Assembly (NCBI GenBank): GCA_009694925.1
Contig: SIBX01000001.1
Location: 1-59,243, forward strand
Source: Minisyncoccota bacterium
Lineage (GTDB): Bacteria; Patescibacteriota; Minisyncoccia; UBA6257; 1-14-0-10-40-38
Length of the DNA stretch: 59,243 nucleotides
Direction: 5' to 3'
In this document: piece after piece, positions 59,153 to 59,243 of the stretch
Layout of the letters: each line of letters starts with the position of its first letter
How positions within the stretch are numbered: the first letter of the stretch is position 1
Made by a program: the position numbers and the translations under genes
The notes under the pieces: generated by a model
Told to the model about the DNA's origin: nothing
Database searches by the model: none
The model's input: the letters and a program-made list of their open reading frames with translations, nothing else

Positions 59153-59243
59153 TTAGCTTTTTAAAATCTGATCTATTCTTTTTGCGAGCTTGATCATATC
59201 TTTTTCTTTCGCTCCGCGAGTAGTCTCCGCAGCTGTTCCTAAA
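59153..59243 (-). CDS. 3' end of an unidentified CDS truncated by the window edge
   Basis: Minus-strand frame reads ...LGTAAETTRGAKEKDMIKLAKRIDQILKS-stop (stop at 59153-59155). Too short to name. Confidence 0.35.
   Translation of the reverse strand, partial: LGTAAETTRGAKEKDMIKLAKRIDQILKS

Overview
AT-rich (about 30% G+C by eye) bacterial chromosome segment. It carries a compact housekeeping set typical of a streamlined Patescibacteria/CPR-like genome: type IV pilin-like genes, fmt-def, S41 protease, rplI, rpmA, msrA, adk-map, greA, lysS, serS, ddl, alr, ychF, typA, dnaX, scpAB, a PBP5-like carboxypeptidase, mraY, ftsW-murG, gltX, M23 and FemAB peptidoglycan enzymes, RNase P RNA and tRNA-Gln. 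The main unusual feature is that about 14 intergenic gaps hold short (0.1-1.3 kb) G+C-rich (about 55-60%) islands. Each island has its own near-consensus sigma70-type promoter in the AT-rich flank, and most end in a GC hairpin plus T-run. About half encode orphan ORFs preceded by strong Shine-Dalgarno (SD) sites: several Cys-rich/zinc-finger-like micro-proteins, two small hydrophobic ones, one secreted protein, and two larger orphans. The rest have no ORF of 60 aa or more on either strand but show long-range helices, so they are candidate structured RNAs or leaders of 110-450 nt. The AT-rich host genes mostly lack SD sites, and their ATG lies only 5-10 nt downstream of a -10 box (leaderless-like). 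Other features: a family of about 67-nt hairpin repeats with compensatory changes at AT/GC junctions; CTAnnGC heptamer arrays in intergenic regions; a GIY-YIG gene bracketed by perfect 20-bp inverted repeats; a prolyl oligopeptidase flanked by a duplicated promoter and 5' end of the neighbouring pseudouridine synthase; and a C9/G9 homopolymer at the start of one island RNA. I saw no CRISPR array, rRNA, transposase, integrase, reverse transcriptase or recognisable defence operon. All homology calls come from motif recognition by eye, and no searches were run.
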